Positions 23,749 through 36,129 of a DNA stretch of 64,000 bases are shown piece by piece. A program made the position numbers and the translations under genes. Each line of letters starts with the position of its first letter. Position 1 is the first letter of the stretch. This stretch comes from Eledone cirrhosa (taxonomy: Eukaryota). The stretch is from contig OZ024740.1 in assembly GCA_964016885.1 (NCBI GenBank), forward strand, positions 353,338,001-353,402,000, in the 5' to 3' direction. A model generated the notes under the pieces. The model had not been told where the DNA came from. It did not search any database and saw nothing but the letters and a program-made list of their open reading frames with translations.

Positions 23749-24413
23749 GTAGGTACTTTTAGCATTGGCTTCAACTAGGATATATCACCACCACCAACAC
23801 TCATATCGTTAACTAAACCAGGCATGGGCAACCTTTAAACACTACCATTATCACCATCACACCTCACCTCTTCGGATACCAACCTGCCTAAAACCACCCT
23901 AGTCTTATTATACAAAATTGACCATCTTAAAATGTACATTTAAAACCCACCGTCATAATTTTAAGAAAAATTATAAGGAATTTTGATGGTGGAAATAACG
24001 TAGAGAAGGAATTCAAGTGAGTGAGTTTCATATGACCATGAAGGATTGGTAAAAAATACCCAATGAATGGTTTAACGGAAGAGTCAACAAACGTAAAAGA
24101 AATACTGCAGGAGGTTGGGGGTATTCCAATAATTATTGATTCTTTATATATGTAATTTGGATAAGGATGTAATTGATTGAAACTGATTTGGTACTTGGCA
24201 TTTTCTTAATCGATCCCAGACACAGGGAAAATAGCATTTTCTTCTTTCTTCTCAACTATTATCTTCTCTATTGGAAGGTGAAGGTTTCCTCAAATTGGTG
24301 CTAATTCTTTCCTCTCCTGTGCTGTTTTTATCCATTTAAAATCCATAAACTTATCGATATCACCTCCCCATCTCGTCGTCTGTCATCCTGAATTACATGA
24401 ACCTGTCTCCATT

Positions 24414-24593
24414 GGATTGGCAGTATCGGTAGAGAGCCGGACACCATGCTTTGAAGCATAGTTACGTCCCTTTATGATCTGAGTTCAAATCCCGCCGAGG
24501 TTAACTTTGCCTTTCATCCTTATGGGGTCGATAAAATAAAGTACCAGTAATGTACTGGGTAAATTCTGGCCTTGTGCCAAAACAGAAACAATA
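24414..24593 (+). mobile_element. tRNA-derived SINE (family 1)
   Basis: A-box TGGCAGTATCGG, B-box GAGTTCAAATCC, same body as 50019. Confidence 0.88.
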
Positions 24594-24917
24594 TTTGTTC
24601 ATGTTATATGCCCCGCCTATTTCCATTTTTTCGATGTTTTATGATGCCTTGTACTTTTGTTTGCTCTTTTATCTATTTACTAGTTTTCCTGCCCCTTCTA
24701 AGAAATTTTGAAACGCGCATCTTTCCATATTCCTTCGTCTTTTCAATTCCTATTCAATATCGCTTGTCATGAACCATATCTCTACTTATAAATTATTGTT
24801 GGTATGATACACCATTCAGCTCGGTTTCATCATTTTACTTCTAAATTCTTGTACTCCATATTTACTATATGTCCAAGATAAAGTAATGTTATTAAGCAAT
24901 GTTATTTATGTATATAT

Positions 24918-25595
24918 TTAAAACATATTTGTAATGTTATTTATACAGCTGTGAATAAAAGAATCATAATTGTATCTGTTTAAAATAAGGATGATACAAT
25001 GAAAGATATATTCTTTTAATGTTACAATATTAAAGAAAATGTAAAGGAAGGGGTGAACAACGGAGCCAACACCAGAGCAAAAGACAGCAACGTCGCGAGT
25101 ACTGAGCAACCTCTCTAATGATTTTTGAGGCAAGCCAGCACACTCGCAGCGTTGCCTCGGGTGATGGCGAGGCTGAAGCACTGAAACAGCCAAGCACCCT
25201 CGCGAGATTCGCCAGTCACCTCTATTAGGCGAGCCGCCAGTGAGGAAAGGAACCTCGCAGTCAGCGGCCCGACTCCCCCCAAACATCTCGAAAGCCACAG
25301 GCTGAAAAATGTAGCTGGCCGACAGATCAGAGTATTTGAGGATTTACTCCGCTCGACTGCAGAAGCTGTGGCTCTCGTCCTAACCGCAGCATCCAGGGTG
25401 TGGGAAAGAGCAAAAGCGTCACTAACAGTGACGTCCCAGACAAGGCACCTGCCTCTCGACCAGGGGCACAGGGTAAGACCGTCAGGTCTTTTGCCGTCAC
25501 TTCTGGACAACCCAGATGGTTCCAAGACTGAGGGGATATTCGCCCGGGCCAAAGCTCTCTTCAGAATGAGGTTTAGCTCTGTGTGACGCGACCGG
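24918..25595 (-). mobile_element. CRE-like non-LTR retrotransposon 3' fragment (restriction-like endonuclease)
   Basis: RHTELN..KRALARA..EP..DGKRPDG..PWSRGRCLVWDVTV..RGNAASVL motifs; frameshifted; 3' boundary approximate. Confidence 0.8.
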
Positions 25596-26030
25596 CATTG
25601 TTATAGTATCATGGTCGATTTGATGACGTGTTTCATGGCTGATGAACTTATTTTATGTTCCGCAATGTTGCCTTCACTGTTCAGTTTATTTAACATTTGT
25701 TCCAGTTCATGAACATCATTTGCAAGCAAAGCGTACATTCCCCATTTTTGCTTATTCCTTTTTCATCCCAATTTAGCTTTGTAAAATGCAATATCAAAAA
25801 GTTTGGGTGATGTTATATCCCACTTGACTTATCGATGATGTACCCTGGCAATAGATTTTCTAAATAATTTGTATAGAGGTTTCTTGTATACTCAGATGAG
25901 CTTCAAGTACAGTTTAAATTTCAATGCTATCGAGGGATTTCACATAATCTCTAAAGCCTAAACACTAAATTTGTTTATATTCTGTATAATCCTGAATAGT
26001 TTGGTTCACTGTATAAATGGTCAGTTGTTG

Positions 26031-27300
26031 AAAACTTACTTCTGAACCCTTCCTGTTTCCTTGGATGATAAAACTTACTTCTGAACACTTCCTGTTCCTT
26101 TGGTTCACAAAACTTAATTCTGAACCGTCCCTGTTCCCTTGGTTGATAAAACTTACTTCTGAACCCGTCTTTGTTCCCTGGTTGATAAAACTTACTTCTG
26201 AACACTTCCTGTTCCTTCGATGATAATACTTACTTCTGAGCCCTTCTTTGTTCTCTGGTTAATAAAATTTGTGTCTGAGCCCTACTTGTTCCCTTGGATT
26301 CAAAAAACTTGTATCTAAATCCTTTTTGTTTCCTTGGTTACCAAAAACCTTGCTTTTGAACCCTTCCTGTTTGCTTGGTTCATAACATTTTTATCTGAAC
26401 CTGTCTTAAACCCTTGTTTTATAAAACTTACTTCTGAACCCTCTTGTTCCCTTGGTTGATAAAACTTACTTCTGAACACTTCCTGTTCCCTTGGATGATA
26501 AAACTTACTTCTGAACCCTTCCTGTTCCCTTGGTTGATAAAACTTACTTCTGAACCCGTCTTTGTTCCCTGGTTGATAAAACTTACTTCTGAACACTTCC
26601 TGTTCCTTCGATGATAATACTTACTTCTGAGCCCTTCTTTGTTCTCTGGTTAATAAAATTTGTGTCTGAGCCCTACTTGTTCCCTTGGATTCAAAAAACT
26701 TGTATCTAAATCCTTTTTGTTTCCTTGGTTACCAAAAACCTTGCTTTTGAACCCTTCCTGTTTGCTTGGTTCATAAAATTTTTATCTGAACCTGTCTTAA
26801 ACCCTTGTTTTATAAAACTTACTTCTGAACCCTCTTGTTCCCTTGGTTGATAAAACTTACTTCTGAACACTTCCTGTTCCCTTGGATGATAAAACTTACT
26901 TCTGAACCCTTCCTGTTCCCTTGGTTGATAAAACTTACTTCTGAACACTTCCTGTTCCCTGGTTGATAAAACTTACTTCTGAACACTTCCTGTTCCCTTG
27001 GTTGATAAAACTTACTTCTGAATCCTTGTTCCCTGGTTGATAAAACTTGTGTCTGAGCCCTTCTTGTTCCCTTTGGTATTAAAAACTTGTATCTAAATCC
27101 TTTTTGTTTCCTTGGTTACCAAAAACCATGCTTTTGAACCCTTCTTGTTTGCTTGGTTGATAACATTTTTTATCTGATCTTATCTTGAACCTTTGTTTTA
27201 TAAAACTTACTTCTGAACCCTTCCTTTTCCTTTGGTTGATAAAACTTGCTTCTGAGCCCTTTCTATTTCCTTTATTAATAGAACTTCTGAGCTCTTCTTG
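26031..27300. repeat. 39-bp minisatellite with ~390-bp higher-order repeat
   Basis: Unit AAAACTTACTTCTGAACCCTTCCTGTTCCCTTGGTTGAT; variant monomer GTATCTAAATCC recurs at about 26311, 26702 and 27089. Confidence 0.92.
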
Positions 27301-28170
27301 GGATTTGGTTAATGAGGAAAGGTTAAGGCATTATTGATGTTATTTGCAAGTACTTCAGTAAATAGTTTGAACAAAAACAGCTGGCTGATTGGTTTGTAGC
27401 TTGTAACATCTATAGTGTTATTTTCTTGTCTCAAAGTATGATGCTGGCATTGTCCCATATGCTGGGGATTTCATTTGATTTTATGCATTTTATGATGATT
27501 AACCTATCCTAAATTAAAATCAGAATGTAAAAAAAACAAACATTGCTAAGCTATTTAATTGAAAACTAATATACATTGATTGACTACTGAGGAACAAAAT
27601 GTCAAGTTGATTCTGATAGGATTTTAACTCAATGTAAAGTTACAGAACTATGTATTGCCCTCCTGTCTCTTTTACTGTGACTATAACAGCTTCTCATTTC
27701 TTAAACTATGATGGGGAATTGCCTGAACACTTAAAACGTTAAAAAGAAAAAGGATGTTATAGTATTTGTTATGGCTCTTTACATTCAGAGCTCAAATCCT
27801 GGTGAGGTCAACTTTTAAAATAAAGTACTAAGTCTAGAGTAGTGGATTTGCAGAATTGTTAAAACACTAGACAAAATGTCTTGTATCATTTGTTCTCACT
27901 TTTTATATTCTGAGTTTGAATTATGCTGAAATCTCTTTTGCTTTTTGTACTTCTGGGAGTTCAATAAGATATAGTATCAGTTAAAATACTGAAATGTAGA
28001 ACTCTCTAATACAAACATACATTGCTTCTATGAAATCAAGGAAAAGGGGCAGCAAAATATAGCTGAAGCTACCTTTCCTTGCAGCTAGCAAAAGATGCAA
28101 GACTCTGAAAGTGGTTGTACAACTAGCAAGTTAAAGTATAAGGAAGCTCCTCATAGTAAAATAACTTTAA

Positions 28171-28390
28171 CCCTTTAGTATTCACATTACTCTATATATA
28201 CTATTATATTTTCATGGTAAAGGCTTTACATTGCATAATTATCTCACATAATATCGAATCTATGAGATTTTGAAAGTATTTATTTTGAGTACAATACCTT
28301 AACATCAGTTTGAGCGACCAGTTACAGCCAGTTTCAACAGAAAGAGATAGAGAATTCTGACCGGTTTTGGCCGGTTTGAACATTAAAGGG
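28171..28390. mobile_element. piggyBac-like MITE (uninterrupted copy)
   Basis: TTAA|CCCTTTAG...TAAAGGG|TTAC; matches both ends of 6555-7778. Confidence 0.8.
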
Positions 28391-28812
28391 TTACACTTTT
28401 CATCCAGGTTTTTACAGTGGCTAGAATGAAAAACATAAAGCTAATGGTTCAGCTACATAAAATATAGTGGGGAAAAAAATAGAAACATTCTACTGCTTTT
28501 TTGCTGCAAAAATCCGGAGGAATGTATCTTGCTCGATGAAGAAGCCCAATGAGATAGAATAGCTGATGCAGTGGGTGTCATTGGCTGTTCTCTGCTACAA
28601 TCCTTTCACCATCTTGTCTGCAAGGCACAGCTGAGATATTCTGTACAGCCAAGGGTGTAGAGTTTGTCCCTTCTCTTCTTCCTTTTTACTTCTCTTTTTT
28701 CTCTCTTTATTTAAATTTCTTTTAAATACTTTCATTATTATATGCCATAAATATGTAAATAAATTTTGCTTAATTTTGTCTTTCATTTTTTTATCATTTA
28801 TTTTCTTTGCAG

Positions 28813-29220
28813 AGAAAATCCTTTTTGCTGATGTCATAAAAATTTGCCTTAAAGATGAACCTAACAAAAAGAAAACGGGTTCTGCCAATAAGACAGTCAG
28901 TTATTATAATACAACAGAATCCCCTAAAATGGAAAAATGTCCCATAGATTCAACAGACGACACTACTATTATGACAGAAGCTCTCAATGGTGCTTCAAAA
29001 GACCCCAGGCCTATAATGGATAGTGCTACGAGTAGTGAAAGAATGGCAACATCCGCAATAGAGGACCTCAGCTTAGTTGATGGTGACAGACACACAGTAG
29101 TACTGTGGTATGTCAAGCATGGTACAAACAGGCATATGTCTGTCTCAGAGAACAGCTTCACAATGAGACCTCAGGAATCACAAGAGCTACTTCAGACATT
29201 AAATAAATGCTTGAAGAATG
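28813..29220 (+). CDS. CERKL: CERKL-like exon 2 (PH-like domain with long insertion)
   Basis: Pyrimidine tract + GCAG acceptor, G|GTAGGT donor, phase 1-1, open 408 nt; EKILFADVIKICLK...VVLWYVK...LLQTLNKCLKN. Confidence 0.8.
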
Positions 29221-29824
29221 GTAGGTACAGGTGTAATTGCCTCAAGTAAATTCACTGATTATTTATCATGCATCATTATATGTACATACATCATTTACAT
29301 CCATTTTCCAGGCTGCCATGGAATAGATGAGTTGTCACAGTTTGAGACTGGATGGTTGGAGAATCTTGTCTTGCTTATGCATTCAATTGTTGGCATGGTT
29401 TCTCTGGTCATTGCTCTACCTTATAACTACCATTTTCTTGAATGTAATGGCTGTTTTTATAGTGGCACCAGCACTACCATTTTACAGAAAGGACTGGATG
29501 GATTTTATCTTGGCACCATTACTGGTTTTCTGTTTGTTTTTCCATTCTGGCATGGGTTGGATGAGATTTTTTGAGGTAGTCACTTAACTTTGATAGGTTT
29601 CGGCCAGTATTGACCCAGGCCATGTCTAACTTAATAGCACCATTCTACAACTTGATGCCTTTCCTGATGCAAAATATTATCTTTTTTCAATTATTCCATT
29701 GATCTTCATTCATTGAACTACTAAATAGTGAGAAATATTGTTTATACAGGACACAAACAAATAGAACCAGTTGATTAAGCAGTGTCAATATGACACATAG
29801 ATACAAAAACACACACACACACAT

Positions 29825-30720
29825 CATTATCATTTTATGTCTTTTTTCCATGCTTGCATGGATTGGATGGGTCTTTTCCAGCACAGCATCCCTCCACTTG
29901 TTGTGCTCCTTTGTCATCTCCTCTGTGAGTTTCAGTGATTTGTGTTCATCTCCCACAAATTCTACCCAGGTCTTCATTGGTTTCCCTCTATTGCAACTTC
30001 CTTCTACTGGGATTTCTTGGGACTTTTTCAGCCAGCAATCATCCAAATGTATCACATGACCTTATTAGTGCAGTGTACATCTGATTCCTCTTATACCCAG
30101 CTTTCCTCTTAAATCATCCATGCTTTGTTGTCCATGCATATTAACATTGCCCATCCATTGGAGCATGCTCATTTCCCTTCTCTCCAGCCTTCACATATTC
30201 TCTGCATTCATTGTCCATGTCTCCCTTTCATACAGCATCACATACAGCCAACTCTTTGTTCGTAGAGAGAAATCTTTTGTTGTCAACAGAGATAGTAGCT
30301 CCTTGAACTTTTTCCATCTTATTCTAACTACTATGCTCCCAGAGCAACTTCCACAACTGTTAATTAGATCACAACGGTAGCAGAAGCTATCAACCTCTTC
30401 TATGGATCCTTCTTGGGATTTCTGATGCTCTTACTATTCACTATCCCTATGGATCTGCTACATTCAAATTCTACATTTTCTGTTAATCTGTCTGCTATCC
30501 CACTACATCTCTTGTGTACCCAAGATTTACATTGTGTACATCATATAGTTTCTACCTACCCCTTTACTACATATCAAGCAAGGCCACTTCTCTGATCGGA
30601 TCATGGTCCTGTTTTCTTTCCTACTTACTGAAACTTTGGTTTTTGCCAAGTTTACTCAAATACTTTTTGATTCTAAGTTATTTTTTTAAAGCTGGAATTT
30701 CTTCTCTAGCTCTTTTACAG
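29825..30720 (-). mobile_element. Old RTE LINE 3' fragment
   Basis: VEGSCNRGKPMKTW..W..AVLEKT C-terminus and (GAT)n-like tail on the minus strand. Confidence 0.7.
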
Positions 30721-31209
30721 ATTAAGCTATAAGAACCAGTATACAGAAGGTCCCATGGACAGCCAGTCTTAAAAACTATAATAAACAGGTGTGATTTAAG
30801 GACAGCCCTGATGGACCAATTCCTCACTAAATTCGTTACCTCCTCTCACTTTACTACCAAATTAGAAATCATCATCATCATCAATAGTTTATATAATAAA
30901 TGTGGTTGGAGTTAGGAAGGGCATCAAGCCATAGAAACCAAGCCAAAATCAGTTCTGTGTGAACAAAACACGGTCCTCAAACCTGGATGTCTCACAACAG
31001 GACAGCACGTCTGACCCATGCTAGCATGGAAAATGGACATTAAATGATTATATATTACACACACAGGTATATATATAGGTTATTTAGTACTGGAATTAGG
31101 TTTCTCATATCGATTAAGACCTAGAGCCGATCATCTGTGAAACATATGTCCCATTCAGTAATGTATAAAAATGTTTTAAAGGGAAACTTCGTTCTCTCTA
31201 CATATTATA

Positions 31210-31242
<33 letters not shown>

Positions 31243-31535
31243 TTGAAATCCAAACAGGAAAAAACTGTAACAACAGTTGATCGCTATAAATAATAATGGC
31301 TTTATAAAATTGGGCATAGTACCCTTAAGGATTGAAAAATGTAGCCAGCAGCCAGCAGCCTGTACATATAAATCAACATATCTTTAGTCTAGTTGGTAAA
31401 TAGACAACAGAACTTTCAGCAGTCATGAAGAAAGTGTGTATCAACTAATTGATTGGTTTTGGCATTTGTTAAAGGCTTCAATTACTTTCCTCTCAAGGCT
31501 GCATAAACAGTGCTAATTTATGAATAATATAAGCA

Positions 31536-32360
31536 GGTTGTACGATGCCTGCATACGAACAGCAATGCTGCATGGCAGTGAGACCTGGGCATTGTGTGCA
31601 GAGGATATACGCAGACTAGAGAGGAACGAAGCTTGCATGCTCCGCTGGATGTGTAACAGTAATATACGTGAACGGCAAAGCATAAACGAACTAAGGAAAA
31701 AATTAGAGATAAGAGGGATCAGATGTTGTTTACTCGAGAGAAGGCTACGTTGGTATGGACACGTGATGCGCATGAAAGTCGATAGCTGTATAACAAAGTG
31801 CAGGGCAATAAAGATAGACGGTAGTCACGGAATAGGCAGACCTAGAAAAACCTGGGACGAGCTGATAAACTCCGACATCACACACTTACACCTCTCCAAG
31901 ACAATGTCACTGGACCGAGACCTTTGGCGGTACTCAGTAACAGAGAAGACCCGCCTTACCTAAATATATAGTAAAACCTACTCCAGCCAGTAGGCATCCC
32001 TAACAAAATACACCCCGTCCCACCACCCCCACCCCTACCCCATCCACACCACCCCGTTCTATGTAAAGTTATGTTGGTGCCGCGCCATCGAGGCCGAAAC
32101 AAATGAGATCGTGTAGGTGTCACGACAAAAAAACACACAGTCCACGCTGTAATGTGGCCGTGTAGGCAACACGGTAAAAACCTCCCAGACCCACACTGTA
32201 AATGTGGTTGGTGTTAGGAAGGGCATCCAACTGTAGAAAACCTGCCAGACAGTCCTATGCGTGCAAGACAATCACTCTTGCCTCAAGTGGGACTACCCCC
32301 GTCCAAACCCATGCAAGCGTGGAACACGGACGTTAAACGTTGATGATGATGATGATGATG
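31536..32360 (+). mobile_element. 5'-truncated RTE LINE
   Basis: RLYDACIRTAMLHGSETW...RLRWYGHV...GRPRKTW; (GAT)n tail; TSD ATAAGCA at 31529-31535 and 32361-32367. Confidence 0.92.
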
Positions 32361-32458
32361 ATAAGCATGATCAGATTAGATTTAACCTTATTTATGTATG
32401 TTATAAAATGTTGATGAGATCATTAGAGAAATCTCAAACTAATCAATTAACTAACTCC

Positions 32459-34686
32459 ATCTTGGCTAAGACTAATGTCCTAGTATTAATATCTTGGCAA
32501 AGACTAATGTCCTAGTATTAATATCTTGGCATGACTAATATCCTAGTATTAATATTTTGGCAAAGACTAATGTCCTAGTATTAATATCTTGGCAAAGACT
32601 AATGTCATAGTATTAATATTTTGGCAAAGACTAATGTCCTAGAATTAATATTTTGGCAAAGACTAATGTCTTAGTATTAATATCTTGGCAAAGACTAATG
32701 TCCTAGTATTAATATTTTGGCAAAGACTAATGTCCTAGTATTAATATCTTGGCAAAGAGTAATGTCCTAGTATTAATATTTTGGCAAAGACAAATGTCCT
32801 AGTATTAATATTTTGGCAAAGACTAATGTCCTAGTATTAATATCTTGGCAAAGACTAATGTCCTAGTATTAATATTTTGGCAAAGACTAATGTCCTAGTA
32901 TTAATATCTTGGCAAAGACTAATGTCATAGTATTAATATTTTGGCAAAGACTAATGTCCTAGTATTAATATCTTGGCAAAGACTAATGTCCTAGTATTAA
33001 TATCTTGGCAAAGACTAATGTCCTAGTATTAATATTTTGGCAAAGAGTAATGTCCTAGTATTAATATTTTGGCAAAGACTAATGTCCTAGTATTAATATC
33101 TTGGCAAAGACTAATGTCCTAGTATTAATATCTTGGCAAAGACTAATGTCCTAGTATTAATATCTTGGCAAAGACTAATGTCCTTGCATTAATATCTTGG
33201 CAAAGACTAATCATCATCATTGTCATCATCGTTTAACGTCTATCTTCCATGCTAGCATGGGTTTAGACGGGAATTGTCCCACTTGAGGCAAGATTGGTTG
33301 TCTTGCTCGTATAGGACTGTCTGGCAGGTTTTCTACGGTTGGATGCCCTTCCTAACACCAACCACGTTTACAGTGTGGACTGTGTTTTTTTTTTGTCGTG
33401 ACACTTACACGACCTCATTTATTTAGGACTGGATGTTGTCGTACCAACATAACTTTACAGCGAAAGGGGTGGGGGAGTTGGGGTAGTGGGATGGGGTGTA
33501 TATTTGATTAAGAGGTGCCTACTGACTAGGTTTTGCTTTGTACTTAGGCAAGGCGGGTTTTCTGTATTACTGCGTAGCGCCAAAGATTTCAGTCCAGTGA
33601 CATTGTCTTAGAGAGGTGTAAGTATGTAAGGTCGGAATTTATCAAATCGTCCCAGGTTTTCTTGGGTCTGCCTGCTCCGTAACTTCCGTCAATTTTGATC
33701 GCCCTGCACTTTTTTATACAGCTGTCGTCTTGCATGTGCATCACGTGACCATACCAACGTAGTCTTCTCTCGAGTAAACAGCATCTGATCCCTCTTATAC
33801 CTAATTTCTCACTTAGTTCATTTATGCTTTGCTGTTCACAGCAAACATCAACTTCCTTACATTGAAGCATCTCTACAACCTCGTTAGAGTGACCTTTTAA
33901 AGTGCCTACATTCATGGTACCAACTCTGAAGTTTTGGATTGCGTTTGGTGGGTGGGAAGGATGAGGCGCAGGGAGGGGTGAGGGAGATGGGGTTATGTTA
34001 GCCATCCGCGGCCGAAATAAAGAGGAGTCCTTGCATGCTCGTCCGGCAACATGAGGTGAATTTATCTTTATCTTTGACAGTGTCATTGAGTGTCCAGATT
34101 CTTCAGACTCTCCAGAATTCTATAGTCCATCTAGCATATCGAAAAGCAACCAGGTCTAAACTTAAGGAGTGATAGCCAAGGCGGTGGTTTTGTGAAAGAG
34201 ATTGGTAAGAGAAACATTATAAGCCGCTGAATTATGATTGGACCAAATAAATAATAGTGGGGGCGAGGTGGAGGGATCTGGGGGAGTTAGCGAGAAGGTT
34301 ATTTTATAATATAATCCTAGAAATTTGGCCATAATTAAACGAGCATATATCAGTAATCAGAGTTTAAATACAAGAAGAAGATTGTTTTCGAGGGTCTGAC
34401 AAAATTATGGGAGTTTAAAATACAAAAAGATTGTTTTGAAGGTCTGACAGAATTATCGAATAACATTGAAAAGATTGGATTCTAAGTTAAAAGGACGATA
34501 TAATACTGATAGATAAATGGACTAGGAAAAACATGGAGAGACAAGAAAATAGGGTGAAATACATTACATTTCTCAAAAACAAGCGTTCAGCCAAGATAAG
34601 GGATCGACAATGTTCTAACATTAATATCTTGGTAAAGACTAATGTCCTAGCATTAATATCTTGGCAAAGACTAATGTCCTAGTATT
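32459..34686. repeat. 32-bp minisatellite (~26 units) interrupted by a LINE at 33212-34608
   Basis: Unit AAGACTAATGTCCTAGTATTAATATCTTGGCA head-to-tail over 32459-33211, resuming at 34609-34686. Confidence 0.95.
33212..34608 (-). mobile_element. Internally deleted (bipartite) RTE element
   Basis: 5'UTR plus ORF start (..GTMNVGTL..EVDVCC) fused directly to the C-terminus (EQQSINELSEKLG..), 3'UTR and (GAT)n tail. Confidence 0.9.
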
Positions 34687-35263
34687 TTTATCTTTAATCA
34701 TATTATTTCTATTAATATTTCCATGAGTGAATAATAATAATATCATAATATTATTATTATTCAGTTTGTTTGCAAGCAAACAGCCACATGTGTTAGATGA
34801 CCAACGTCATCCTTTTGTTCCAGCCGTAGCTGAGAGTAAACAATCAACAATTGTTTCAGAGTTTTTGCTCCTTATTGAGATTGTGTATTCTTCTCAATGC
34901 TACCCACTGGAACTGCTGAAAATACATAGTATTCTCAAATGTATACATTGGCTGATTAGCCTCATTTGCATACCGAGAGATTTTACGGCTGGCTTTGCTG
35001 AAAATTAAAAGAACAAAATTTGTTTTAGCTCTAAACATGGTGGATACCTAAATGTATTCGTGAGTGAATAATAATAATATTATAATAATATAATATCATT
35101 AATATTCGGTTTACAAGCAAACAGTCTCATAAACAACGTGTTAGATGACCTACGTCATCTTTTTGTTCCAGCAGTAGCTGAGAGAAAACAATCGACAATT
35201 GTTTCTGAGGCTTTTTGCTTTATATGACTACCCATACACTGATACGCTTTTTTCATCTTACAG

Positions 35264-35386
35264 TTCAACGACCCCGTCAACTTTTGGTCCTGCTCAACCC
35301 TTTTTCTGGAGGAGGGAATGCCTTGAAGATATTTTCCTCTGTCAAATATTTATTTGAACTTGCTGGAATTAGTTGCGATACCACAG
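35264..35386 (+). CDS. CERKL: CERKL-like exon 3 (start of DAGK-type catalytic domain)
   Basis: TTACAG acceptor, G|GTAAGA donor; QRPRQLLVLLNPFSGGG..LFELAGISCD matches the CERK/SphK NPxSG motif. Confidence 0.92.
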
Positions 35387-36065
35387 GTAAGAGATCATAT
35401 CCACACTTCTCCATTGTTCTTATTCTTTCTTTCTCTTTTTTTCATTTTACATCTTCACTTTTTAGACTATGACAGTAATAGGTCTGTTCTTCTCACATCC
35501 TCTTTTGTTTCTTCCCTCTCTCACTTTGTTTATTGCTTTCTTTCCTTTGTTTCTCATTTTCTAACTGTCATGTTGTATGATTCTTTTTCTTGTCTTTCCT
35601 TCTTTTTCATGTTTTCTGGGTTTTTTTCTCTTCTTTTTATTTTTACTTGTTTCCTTATTTCCTACTTTCCATATTTGTTGTTTCTTTTTCTGTTGTTACA
35701 AATTGAATATAGGATAGCGAGGACCCTTAAGTCTTGTACAGGAACTAATAAAATCTCTAGTAATGGTGCTACAATAAAATGCACCTGGTACACTCTGTAA
35801 AGTGATTGGGTTTAGGAAGGGCATCCAGCCATAAACCCATACCAAAATCTAGAATGTATGAATGCATCATGCTCACTTAAACAGGCTTGGTCCGTTACAA
35901 CCCATCCTACCATAGTCAGCATGGAAAGCATATTTAAAATGATGATGATTATTCTCTTTTTTCTCTTTCTGACTTTGTGTCTGTGTTTCCTTTATGTCTT
36001 TCTTTCTTTTCTTGTAGCTTTCTTTCTCTCTATCTTAATTTCCTTTTCTTTTCATATCTTTTTAG

Positions 36066-36129
36066 TTTTATCTGAAACAAGTGACTTAGCAACTGTAATA
36101 CAGAACAAGGATCTAACTCAATTTGATGG
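36066..36129 (+). CDS. CERKL: CERKL-like exon 4
   Basis: Long pyrimidine tract + TTTAG; VLSETSDLATVIQNKDLTQFDG; phase 1-2 joins exons 3 and 5 in frame. Confidence 0.85.

Noticed and set aside
25975-26948. Minus-strand ORFs with FRSKFYQPREQEG repeats
   Set aside because: By-product of a 39-bp satellite; frames are broken by indels and no splice structure was found.
32459-33211. Regular 32-bp repeats resembling a CRISPR array
   Set aside because: Units are head-to-tail with no unique spacers, there are no cas genes, and the context is eukaryotic; it is a minisatellite.
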